Shown here: positions 25,088-35,824 of the stretch, in pieces
Position numbering within the stretch: the first letter of the stretch is position 1
Layout of the letters: the number at the start of each line of letters is the position of its first letter
Assembly (NCBI GenBank): GCA_024137785.1
Contig: JAHRHZ010000002.1
Coordinates: forward strand, 10,829,263 to 10,893,262
Origin: Ginglymostoma cirratum
Taxonomy: Eukaryota
Length of the DNA: 64,000 nt
Direction: 5' to 3'
Notes under the pieces: generated by a model
What the model was told of the DNA's origin: nothing
What the model saw: only the letters and a program-made list of their open reading frames with translations
Databases searched by the model: none
Made by a program: the position numbers and the translations under genes

Positions 25088-28000
25088 GTAAGATGCCTAA
25101 ATGATGAACTTGTTTGTATTACATGGAACGCCAGGCAAACTTTGAAACGTATGAGGCTTGTATTTGTTGGGGCATGGAACATGTCACATTAGCAATTTAT
25201 CACTGGGTACGCTTTTACTCGGTTATGCCATTTTATTGGAGGTGATTGGGTGAGTGACTGTCCAAGCTTTCATTAACTTACGGACGTGCGTGGGTTCACA
25301 GATCAAATCCATTCGCCTTCACTAAATCCCTACTCTAAAGCTTTTGCAAGCTGCAAGTCATGGGAAGTAACAAGAAGAAATATTTTGCTTCTTTATTTCA
25401 GTTTCTTAATCAATTGTTCCCCACTGGTGACAGCATGCACATCAGAAAAAGTACCTCAGCAAAGTTGTTGATGTCTGGATCAATGGCACAGCGTGAGAGT
25501 TTAAGTCAAGCCAAAAGGCTTTCTGCTTTAAATATTGAACTAAACAGCATGTCATGGGATATGTCAAAAAATAAATAGAGCAACGTTTATTACAGATTAT
25601 TCAAAATGTAGTAAAATGTTTGCCAGGTTATTGGGATGTTGGGGGTGGGAAGAAGAAAAATCTCTTGATACATTTGGAAGTAAAACGAATTACAAGGATA
25701 TTAAAACAGGTGAGATAGAGTCTTGGTCATTTTAAATTAGTTCTTTACAGTCGTGATTTAGCACTAAAACTTACCTTGAAAGTTGACATTTGGCTTAATT
25801 TCTGTCAATTGCGCGCAGTTGACATTGGGATCACGGGAAGTCAACAGCAATGATTAATGTTATAATATCTTTGTAATTGGTGCGCTTTCAAAAATATATG
25901 ACTGTAACATCAGCGATATCATCATGTACTATTCATATCATCACGTAGTGAAAATGTGCTGCTCTTTTGGTTTTTCAATGGAAGGATTGTACAGTTTAAC
26001 ATGTACTTGTGAAATTCATTATCCAATGTTCGATAAAACTGGATAACCTCAAAGATTAACATCTCCGAAAGTGAATTAACTCAATGGCGCGATTATCCTC
26101 CATCATCTTCATCAAAGTAATTACATCTTATTTGTAAATCTATCACAAAACGGTATAGTCGTTGAATCAAATTTCCTATAGTGGGAGAGTTAATCATTTC
26201 ATTTTGGTGTGTGAATGGCTGCACAAACTTTAGACACATACACGCGACTCTTCCGTCGTTTGAATTCCAATAATTGATTTTGGCAAGAATATTACACTCA
26301 GACCCCTCAATGTGGCATAAATGTCTGACTTCAGTGTGAAACGTTGTTTGTTCTTTTACAGCAGTGACTGCTGAGAACATCAAAGTTCTTCAAAGCCCAG
26401 CATTTCTTAATGTAACCGAGGGGACGAAGGCCGCGATGCACTGTGCTTATGAAGGATCTAATGGACCGAGTGTCTTCAGGTGGTTTAGGGACAACACAAA
26501 CGGAACCGAACTTTGTAACAGCACAGCACCATACAGAGGCCGGGTCATTGGGCCAAACAGGGAGAAAATCGACGGAAGGACGGGCGCCTGGATTCAACTA
26601 ACGAATGTGACATTGAGCGATGAGGCGACCTATTATTGCAAAGTTGAGTTTGTCTCAAGCGGTGAACATTGTGGGCAAGGAACAATACTTATTGTGACAG
26701 GTGAGCCTGCAACACGCTGCTACTTTGAACAATGAAGTAGCAAAATTATAGAATTGATGAATCTTTTAGTTCACACCTCCTGTCAGTTGTCAATCTTATA
26801 CAGTAAAGGCCCTACAGACACAAGTTTGCAAATTAAGGAAATTACAAACGCTGATATATACTTTGCTTATTTATCCCGCCATATTTCTTGAACGTCGTTC
26901 AATAATCCGACAGTTCGAACAATTATTTTGGTCCTATCTGCGACATAGAGGTTGCAAGGAACATTGCACCAACAGATTAGGGAGTTGAAAAGAGACAGAC
27001 GCTTTTGAAGTTACAATCACCAGGGAAGCGGGATGACACGTCCCCAGGTCCTGGTCGCACTCTCGTCCACTCTTAAAAGAAATGGCCACTCAGGCTGTAG
27101 ATGCATTGGTGCAAAGTTTCCAAAGTTCGCTGGATTCTGGGAAGTTTTCACCAGCAAAGATTGTGACAAATCGATTCAAGAGGGAGGGAAGCAGAAATTC
27201 TAAAGTTATTTAGCCAGTACGCTGGGCATAGGTCGTTAGTAATCGATGAGCAAGATGAGTTTTAGTTCAGAATTTAGGAAGTCTCAAAGTCTTTGGGAAT
27301 TGTCAGTGCGGTGTTTTGAAAAGGCAATCATGTTTAACAGTTTACACGAGCTCTTTGGATGGACTGCACTGGGATTTACAGATGGCATTTTGCAAGGCTC
27401 TAAGTCCTTGCGGAAAATATAAGTCAGGGGTACAATGTTCGTACGGATAGACATTGGCTGCCTGGCTGGTAGAAAACGAAGAGTATGAGTGAATAATTCC
27501 GTTTTGTTTGGTAAGCTGTGACGGCTGGCCTCCTACACATGTTTGTTGTGGGGCCTATCTTTTTGCAAATTATATCAATAATGTGAATGTGCTGACCAAA
27601 AGCAGACAACTATGTTGACAGATTACTCAGAAATCTGGCGGATGGAATTCAATGAAGGAAAATGTGAATACAATAGTCAGCGACTTCCCTAAATAGCAAA
27701 CTAATGTAGGATTTAGAAGTAGAAATAAATCTAGTGCAGGAATCACATGAGTTCGCGCGCAGTACAGAAAGCAACTAAAACAGATTGTTGAAAAACTCAG
27801 CAGGTCTGGCAACATCTGCGAGAGAGGAACGAATTAACATTTCCAGTCCAATGACCCTTCTTCAGAAATTAATTCAGTTGACTAAAGCAATGCCATTTCT
27901 TATGGTTTTATCTTGATTATCAAGGGGATCAAGGGTTACACTGATAATGCAGGAGAATGGTGTTGAGGAACTTATCAGCCGTGATTGAATGGCGAAGCAG

Positions 28001-31000
28001 TATCGATGGGCCGAATGGCCTAAATTCTGCTCCTCTGTCCTCTGGTTTTATGGTCTTATGGGCTTTTAACTCGTAAAGATCGATAATAAAAGTAGGTACG
28101 TTACGCATCAGTTGTATTGGTGAGACTGCATGCTGTGTAAACTATCCTCCCAATTGTAATATAACATAACTAAAAACCACGAAAATACAACACATATCTA
28201 ATATGCCAACGGCATGTTGGGAAATAGAAATGTAAGCAATCTCACCTTCGGGTTTAATCTGAGGTCAAGAATAAATAGATTTAAAACTATCTGATTCGAT
28301 TCTTCCACGGTATCTGTCACCTTCATGAATTTAGCATCTGATTGCATGTTGAATTGATCCAATACCCAAGCTCTTTGACCATTCTGGCCAAGCGCTTCAT
28401 TGAGGCTTGCCTGCACTCTACAGGAATAAACAGTCGCCCGTGTCTGTTTTAAACATATTTCACTGCACAGAACGTGTGCCTGTCAAAAGTTCACTTGGCC
28501 AGTTCATTGAAAATTGATCGCATCGCGATGCGGAGCCAAGGCCGGCCCCGTTAAAGTCAGTGGAAGAAATGGAGAGTCACCATGGTCCGTTTGTTACTGA
28601 CCAGCTCTATGCAAATTCACTGGACAACGAGAGCGTGACATCGGTGTGAATTCAACCTCGTTCGAGATATTTCTTATCCGCATCAGCGCGGCCTTGTCCC
28701 ACTCCGTTTAGGTTGGTAGAAAGCCAATCGTTTAAAGCACAGTGTTGAGAGTGAGAAGATGGATAAAGGAGACACGTTTCTTGAAGCAGAATGGAATCTG
28801 AGTAATTTACCAATTTAAATCAATTTGCAAGGCGGGCAACAGGAGAAGTTGGGTATTATCGCTAGACTATTAATGCACAGAGTCAGCTAACGTCCTGGGA
28901 ACCCGGTTTCAAATCCGACATTGGCAGCTGGTGGAATTTGAGTTCAATATAGAATTAAGGATCTGAGGTTTTGTTATCGACGATGACTATGAAACTATCG
29001 TTGATTGTTACGAAAAGCCCCCTGATTCATGAATGCATTTTAGGGAAGGGAACTGCCATCCTTAGTTGGTTTGGCCCACATGTGACTCCAGATCCACTGC
29101 ATGTGGTGGACTCTTAACTGTCCTCTGGGCAATTAGGGATGTGCAATAAATGCTGGTCTTGCCAGAGGGACACTCATCCTGTGGCTGAATTTTTAAAAAT
29201 GCATCGTTGTCGTTCGAGTACTGCCCAGTAATCCAGCCGTACGAACGACCAATGCAGTCAGTTTAGGGGAGTTCAAAACTAAAGGGTATAACTTTCAGGT
29301 GAGAGCAGAAAGATTTAAAATAGACCTGGGGTAACGTTTTCATACAGTTCGTATGTGGAATGTGCTGCCAGGTGGTAGATGCAGTTACAGTTAGAACATT
29401 TAACAAACTTTTGAACAGGTACATGAATAGGAAAGGTTTCGGGGGATATGGGCCAAACACAGGCAAGTCGATCTCGTTTGGTACGGGAAACTGGGTCGGC
29501 ATGGACGAGTTGGACCAAAGGGTCTGTTACCTTGCTGTCTGAATCTATGAGAGTGGACTCGGGCAAAAAGAAGATCAATGACATATGTTTCCTTCCGGCA
29601 GCGAGGAGCAGAAATCACGCATCGATCATTCCCAAGGTTGTAACAACAGCTGGATTTCTACTGACCGTATTCACAGTGATAATTGTTGCCATCTGCCGAA
29701 ACAAAATGAAAGGTGCACGTCGCTTCATTGTCTGATCTCAATCCTTCCACATTGCTAGTTATGTCGCGGACATTGCCATGTATCTGTGCTCAGACTGTAT
29801 GTTAAGTTATATGTTTGGAACGCCCAGCTCTCCGACGGTGGAATCAACAACAATTACAGTTCGGCAACGTAAAGAGACCGGTTTCCTCGGGTGGGTTTTG
29901 TTTTTGTTTTGAATCGATGACAAAGTTTAAAACCTGGAATGCCCTCAGTGTTTCAGAAAGTGGAGTGAAATCGGGAAACACAGAAACGTAGCAAATGGGA
30001 GTAGGAGTAGGCCACTCACCTTCACTCTGCACCGTTCAATGCAATCGTGGTTGATCCAGTATCTCAGCGCCATACTCACTTTTTTTCACCACCCAGTAAG
30101 CGAAGATTATTTTTCCCCTCATCTCAGACCCATTGGTCCTAGACTGTAAACTGAGACTGCGAACCCTTGTCCCAGGCACCGCTGTTGTTCCTGTTTGAAA
30201 AAAAGAAACAAAATATTCTTTTTGTCACAATTTTGGGTATCCATTTCGAATTGTCAACTCCAATTAATAACGATAACTATCTCTAACCACGCGCCACATC
30301 AAAGTTACGCGTTCCCGTCCCTGATGACCTACTTGTACCCGTACCCTGCGTCTCGTGGCAAATTCCTAACTCAATTTTCAAATCACATCAACTCTCCTTC
30401 CTAACTTGGCATACGTTTTATGATTTATGTACTAATACAAGGATAAAACTAAAGCATGTATAGATAGAATCTATTATTTTACAACACTAATTATGTTTTA
30501 ATGAACTGAATGCAAATATTGCCCAAAGGTTTACTCAGCTCTCATTTCCCGCCCTGAAAAAATACAGTTACTTCCGACTTATATCTATATTGCAGTCGTA
30601 ATTTATATTGTGTGATAACACACGTATTTCATAGAACAGTTACGGTGGATTATAGACAAGATGTGTTAAAGTAATAAATTGGGAGTAAGCGATTTATTGG
30701 GCGTAGTTGAGCTGAAAAATGTTGAGCTGCGATTTCAAGTCATTTACATCTCTGATGATTTATCCTTTCCCTCCCTACACATCGTACAGAGAAATTGCAC
30801 AGACGACCATTATGCAGAATTGAAGATCAGGTACGTAACATCCCAGAATAACTGAGCTTGGTTATATCTCTTCAGCACTGTGATACCTGTTGGCTAATTG
30901 TTGATGTCTATAACACGCAAAACCAAAATGACTTGGCGAGAGTGTTCATCGATTTATTAAGCAGGGAGCAGGCGTAAAACTCTACAGTGTGCAGATAATA

Positions 31001-34000
31001 ACTATAGTCTCACCTAGTGATTGAAATGCAACACAGTTCTGAACTCCATTCTTCATTTTAATATTCCTTCACGTTATGTTTCTCGTGAATCATTCATTGG
31101 ATGATCCAGGCTAGCATTTATTGCACACCCGTAGTCGCCCTTGAGTATTTGGTGGTGAGCAACATTCTGGAGCTGCTGCAGTATCGGGGTAGAATCAGAA
31201 CCGTACAGTACAGAGGAGGTGTTTGGACCCATCAAGACTCCGCTGACAAAAACTGCTCTAAATCCACGCAAGTCCCACTTTCCAGTACTTGGCTCATAAA
31301 TGTTGTGAAATTTCAAGTGTTTATCCAAACATTTTCTAAAGGTTGTAAGGTTTCCTGCCTCAACTACCTTCCCAGGCAGGGCATTCCGTATTTCTAACAC
31401 CCTCTGGGTGAATTTCGTTTTCCTCAAATCACCTTCAAATACCTTTTATCTTAAACTATAGCCCTTTCTAGCTAACCCTTCAAATAAAGAGAGCATTGCT
31501 TTCTATCTACCCTGTACATGTGCCTGATAATTTTTTACACAACGATAATGTCTTCTCTTAGCTTTCGCTGCTGTACTGAAAACAGCCCAAGCTTATCCAG
31601 CCTCCATTCATCGCCAAACCACTCCACCTGAAGCAACATCTTAGTGATTCGCCTTTGCATCCCCTCCAGTACAATGACATCCTTCCCTTAGTGATGCAGA
31701 ACTGAACGGGTCTAACATATCCTCTCTGTTTTCATAATTTATCCCACGAGTGATAAAGACAAGTGTTCCGCATTCTTTCTCAATTAACATCCTAATACTT
31801 TCAGGAATCTGTTGACAAGCACCCTAAGATCCCTCTCTTCACTTAATTTTTTCAGTGTCCTGCCATTCATTGCATACTCCTCGTCTTTTTTTATTTCTCT
31901 GAGCTGCATCAGCTCACATTTATCAAGGTTAAATTCCATCTGACATCACTCTGCGCATGTGACCAATCTTTTTATATCTTCCTGTGAACTAGGATGTTCT
32001 TCCACACTATCGACCATCTGGTCAAACTTTGTGTCATCCGAAAAATTATTTATCATCCGTCCCCACCCTCACACTTTTTCTTCTATTTGTAAATCATTTG
32101 TAAATATCACAAGCAATAAAGGACTCAGTAATGACCTCTTGGGTCATGACCGGACACAGGCCTCCAATAAAACAAGCAAATTTCCACCACCACCTTAGTG
32201 CTCCTAGCACTAAGTCAACTTTGGATCCAACTTGCCAAGTTACCCTAGATCCCATGTGGCTGAAAGTTTTTTTTTAAAATATCAGTCTTCCCTGTGGAAA
32301 CTTTGCCGAAATCCGTACAGGCGAATCAACTGTTCTATCCTCATGTACACACCTTGTCACCTCCTCGAAAATTCCTATCAAATTTGTTCAGCATGTCTTC
32401 CCTCTGATAAAGCCATGATGACTATCCCTAATCACACCTTGCCCGTTCAAATGGAAATTAAATTTCTCCTCAGAATTTTATTCAATAGATTTCTTACCAC
32501 TAGTATGACAGTCAGGTGCAGGCGTAATTATGGGGTGAGTTCCAGGATTCTGGCCCAACATCATGTATAATTTACATAATTCTCTCACTTTGATTGGTGT
32601 CATTCTGTGCCAATATTCAACTCTGTCAAAGAGTCTCCATAACTTAATCAACATCTGCAATTAATTAAATAGTTTCCTTAAAGACTACGTCTTTACTTTT
32701 GGGATAGCTCGCATCGTTCATTAAAAACCGAAAGAAATGAGGATGCTGTAAATCAGAAGCAAAAACAGAAGCTGCCGGGAAAGCTCAGCAGGTCTGGCAG
32801 CATCTGTGAAGAAAATATCAGAGATAACGTTTCGGGTCCCGTTCTGAGGAAGGGTCACCGGACCCGAAAAGTTAACTCTCATTTTTTTTCACAGATGCTG
32901 CCACACCTTCCGAGCTTTTCCAGCAACTTCTGTTTTTGTCGCATAGTCCATTATCTTTTGAATAATGACCATCCTGTTGTAAATTATTGTCTTTTCATCA
33001 CATGAAGTAAATCGGGTGGCGTAGTGGGTCAGTGGTTAGTACCGCCGTCTCACAGAACACGTGTCTGCGTGCATTCCCTCCCTCAGTTGAAAGATGAGCA
33101 GGTTGGGTCGATTGGCAATGCAAAAATATCCTTCGTGCCTCGAGATGTGCAGGCTAAGTCGATTCACATGCAAAATGCAAGGTTTCTGGGATAGAGTGGG
33201 ATGATCTTCAGGAAGCCAGCGTACACTCGATGGGCCAAACGGCCTGCTTCCACACTGCAGACATTCTACGAATTAATTGTGCCTTTTGTTTTTATTACTT
33301 TCATTTGAAAAGCAAGCAATTCCCTTACGTTCTACAAACCAGAATTAAAACCTAATATTTAGGTTTTTTTTTCTTCTTCATGCTATTTTATGATCTTGAA
33401 GCCGTGTAACAAATTATACCTCCATAAAATTTAGGAAACAACATACATTAACACTGTAAGCAGTAACGCTAATTATAGTTTCGGGAAGGAAAGTGCCATC
33501 CTTACTGGTCTGACCTATATGTGACTCCAGACGCAATATATGTTGCCTTGCCAGCGAAGCCGTCATCTCGCGAATGAATAAGCTAAAAAAAGGTTCCGAG
33601 TACTCAGACAGTTCGCACCCAACTTCCGAACCTGTGGTCGCTAGATTCTGATACATGGAAATCAGAGCAAACCCCTTCCTTGGTCATATTTTTTATTGGC
33701 ATTTCACAGTTATGAAAGTTACTGTGGCGTGTTTCTGCTCGTCTAGCCAATGAATGTTTAAGTTATGTGTTGAACCAACTCAGTATTTCATTGGTGAGCA
33801 GCGAAAAGAACAGCCTAGCGCCCCCTCTCTCAAGGGCTTTTAGCATGCAGTGACAGCGTTCCAAACATTGTACTCGGAGACCTGAGTTCAGGTTGCACTT
33901 CCTCCGGCGGTGTCTATTAATATCTCTGAGCTGGTTAATTGGAAAATTCCTGAATCCTGTTCTGCCGTCATTTATTACGTCTTGAAGCAACCCATGTAAC

Positions 34001-35205
34001 AGCTGCATGTGTTTAGACGTAAAATATTTTCTTTAAAACAAAGCAAAATCCATTAGAAATCAATTTAGTGTATTCAAATAACACATTTTACTGTTCTTGT
34101 CATTTAATAATACTACAAGCTGATTCAAAAAAGGTATTTTGCCCACGACGATGTCCAGTCAATAAATCAATACATTTCTCATCTCCAAGATAGCAATTGA
34201 GTTTAGTTGATGGGTCTGTTTTCATGCTTGTCAATAATTCCTCAACTTTAGGGTGCCAATTCTTGATTGAAAACGCTGACTAAGAACAATTTACAGAGAA
34301 ACACAAAAGAAGATGAACCTACCAAGTGAATATATCGACAGCATGAATATATATTTATGTATTCTTCGATTTATTTGTATCCACTTTGTTAACCATTTTT
34401 GTGCACTTGGCATATTGGTAATGTATTCTATTTATCTTCAACCAGGAAAATGGAGAAGATACGGTGCAATATTGCGCACTGGACTTTAAAAAAATGGAGC
34501 GAACGTTCATAGAGAAAGACAAGGTGGCATACAATTTATCAAAAGATTTATGTTCACGTTACTTACCTTGATATCACAGAATTATCGGTGACATTACGCA
34601 ATATGAAAAGATTTCATTCAATTGTATCTCATGGTCAGTCGGTTTCTCCACCTATCCTTCATAATATTAATATTAGAATTCACACTGAAAAGTCCATCAG
34701 CATCATTACATAGAATGTTCAAAACTGTTATTGTCCCTTAATATATCATGATTACTCCAAGACATGAATTACCCAAGAGAATTAGCCATGATGTAATTCA
34801 GCGTTGGTTGATGAATATGATTAAGCTATAGAACGTGCAGATCAAGTTCACTGATCAATTAATTCGAGTAAGCAAGTTCGTCGTTAAAGGTAGCTGGTTA
34901 ATTTACAGGTTATCTGTTTTCTCGTTTGAATTCCGAATACTCGCTGGTATCTTGAGAAAAAAAATACTCAAAAGCAGTTGGACACAAAACATGGCAATGT
35001 ACCACGGATCTTCAATATATAAAATGCAAATTGATGTGTAGCTGGAGAAACACACAAAACAAATATTGTTGAATTAATAATTGAATATTGTTGAAATAAT
35101 AATGTGTGATCCTAATTACGTTCATATTTTTCTTTCCTCAAACAGACAGGTGCAGAGGACAATTTACAATATTGCTCATTAAAATTGAATTTTAAAGAAA
35201 AGTGA
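25045..35205 (+). CDS. NCR3: NKp30/NCR3-family single V-domain type I membrane receptor, inhibitory form (2 ITIMs); spliced CDS join(25045..25087,26362..26700,29602..29712,30790..30830,34446..34523,35146..35205), 223 aa
   Basis: All introns are GT-AG with matching phases (1,1,1,0,0). Exon lengths sum to 672 nt = 223 aa + TGA. Product: MASGAVFCVLSLGFAVTAENIKVLQSP...WFRD...YRGRV...DEATYYCKVEFVSSGEHCGQGTILIVTARSRNHASIIPKVVTTAGFLLTVFTVIIVAICRNKMKEKLHRRPLCRIEDQENGEDTVQYCALDFKKMERTFIEKDKTGAEDNLQYCSLKLNFKEK. The V domain and the TM AGF motif resemble human NKp30 as recalled. The symbol denotes family membership, not proven orthology. Confidence 0.85.
26362..26700 (+). CDS. NCR3: exon 2: V-set Ig domain with germline-joined J-like G strand (CGQGTILIV)
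   Basis: Acceptor ttcttttacag (NAGNAG), donor ACAG|GTGAGC. B-strand Cys, C-strand WFRD, D-x-A-x-Y-Y-C and GxGT all in one exon. Four N-x-S/T sequons (NVT, NGT, NST, NVT). Matches ORF 26364..26735. Confidence 0.95.
28840..29550 (+). mobile_element. SINE followed by a CR1-type LINE 3' fragment in intron 2
   Basis: SINE body ending caataaatgctgg (to ~29195); CR1 tail with DAVTVRTFNKLLNRYMNRKG; both also present in unit 2 (~51580-52285). Confidence 0.7.
29602..29712 (+). CDS. NCR3: exon 3: short stalk and transmembrane segment
   Basis: Acceptor gtttccttccggcag; phase 1 to 1; hydrophobic VVTTAGFLLTVFTVIIVAIC followed by basic RNKMK; donor AAG|GTGCAC (weak). Confidence 0.88.
30790..30830 (+). CDS. 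NCR3: exon 4: cytoplasmic (E)KLHRRPLCRIEDQ
   Basis: Pyrimidine tract plus tacag acceptor, donor CAG|GTACGT; 41 nt converts phase 1 to the phase 0 needed by the ITIM exons. Confidence 0.72.
31190..32480 (-). mobile_element. degenerate CR1-type LINE fragment in intron 4
   Basis: FTQRVLEIRNALPGKVVEAGNLTTFRKCLD in ORF 31074..31427; copy at ~53935-55230. Confidence 0.8.
32723..32940. mobile_element. palindromic Penelope-like repeat, second subfamily
   Basis: Inverted arms aaaaacagaagctgccgggaaagctcagcaggtctggcagcatctgtg / cacagatgctgcc...ttctgtttttg around ctgaggaagggtcaccggacccgaaa; copy at 55461-55680. Confidence 0.65.
33816..33832 (-). promoter_or_regulatory. candidate CTCF site
   Basis: Reverse strand TGAGAGAGGGGGCGCTA matches the 3' part of the CTCF core (AGGGGGCGCTA). 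Confidence 0.35.
34446..34523 (+). CDS. NCR3: exon 5: cytoplasmic, ITIM 1 (VQYCAL)
   Basis: Acceptor tttatcttcaaccag; 78 nt phase 0-0 encoding ENGEDTVQYCALDFKKMERTFIEKDK; donor AAG|GTGGCA; fits V/I/L/S-x-Y-x-x-L/V. Confidence 0.8.
35146..35205 (+). CDS. NCR3: exon 6 coding part: ITIM 2 (LQYCSL) and stop
   Basis: Strong acceptor tttttctttcctcaaacag; TGAEDNLQYCSLKLNFKEK-TGA; candidate ATTAAA at 35353-35358. Confidence 0.82.
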   Translation, partial: TGAEDNLQYCSLKLNFKEK

Positions 35206-35824
35206 AAACCAGTACGTCTGAAGATAAGAACAAGAGAAGATTACGTTGGATTTGTGAAATATGTCCCAAACTTGAAGTCAGTCAACATGTTTATCTCCAA
35301 AATGATTGTATATTTTAAAGATGTGCGATTCAGCATATCTATCGACCTATCTATTAAACGAGCACTGTAAGCCATTCAGCCCCTCCAGCTTGCATTGACG
35401 GAATAAGTGATGGCTGATCATCCACTTAATTGCCATATCTCCTCACTATCCCCATGCCCCTTAATACTTCTAGAAAATAGAAATCTATCGACCTCTGTCT
35501 TGAACTAACTTAATGACTGAGGTTTCAGAGCCCTCTGAAGTACAGAATTTTACAAATGCATCACCTCCCAGTGAAGAAGATTCTTCTTCACATAGTTCTA
35601 TATCGTTTGGCCTTTATTCTAAGACTGTGTGCCTCGGTTTTAAACCACTCCCCACCCCCGGCGCCGGCTAGGAGAAACGTCCTTTCTCCATTTATTCTCT
35701 ATATCGTTTAAATAATTTCATATGCTTCAACGAGGTTGCCTCTTATTTTTCTAAACTCCGTAGAATACAGGCAAAGTCTCCTCATCAGTCGTCATAGGAT
35801 AGTCCCAACATACCTGTATTCAAA

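Noticed and set aside
24530-25560. Possible decayed hAT transposase (SPRFSILCSE; VTACTSEK...RLSALNIE)
   Set aside because: The motif resemblance is loose, needs frame changes, and the interval contains the genuine leader exon. An HMM search would be needed to support it.
26362-26760. Rearranging Ig/TCR V segment
   Set aside because: The J-like GxGT strand is in the same exon, I found no heptamer-spacer-nonamer RSS at either end, and no C-domain exon follows. CACAGTG at 752, 20277 and 29673 lacks a nonamer.
30790-30830. Alternative frame RNCTDDHYAELKI with a YxxL motif
   Set aside because: It needs phase-0 entry, whereas the TM exon ends in phase 1, and it would put the ITIM exon out of frame.
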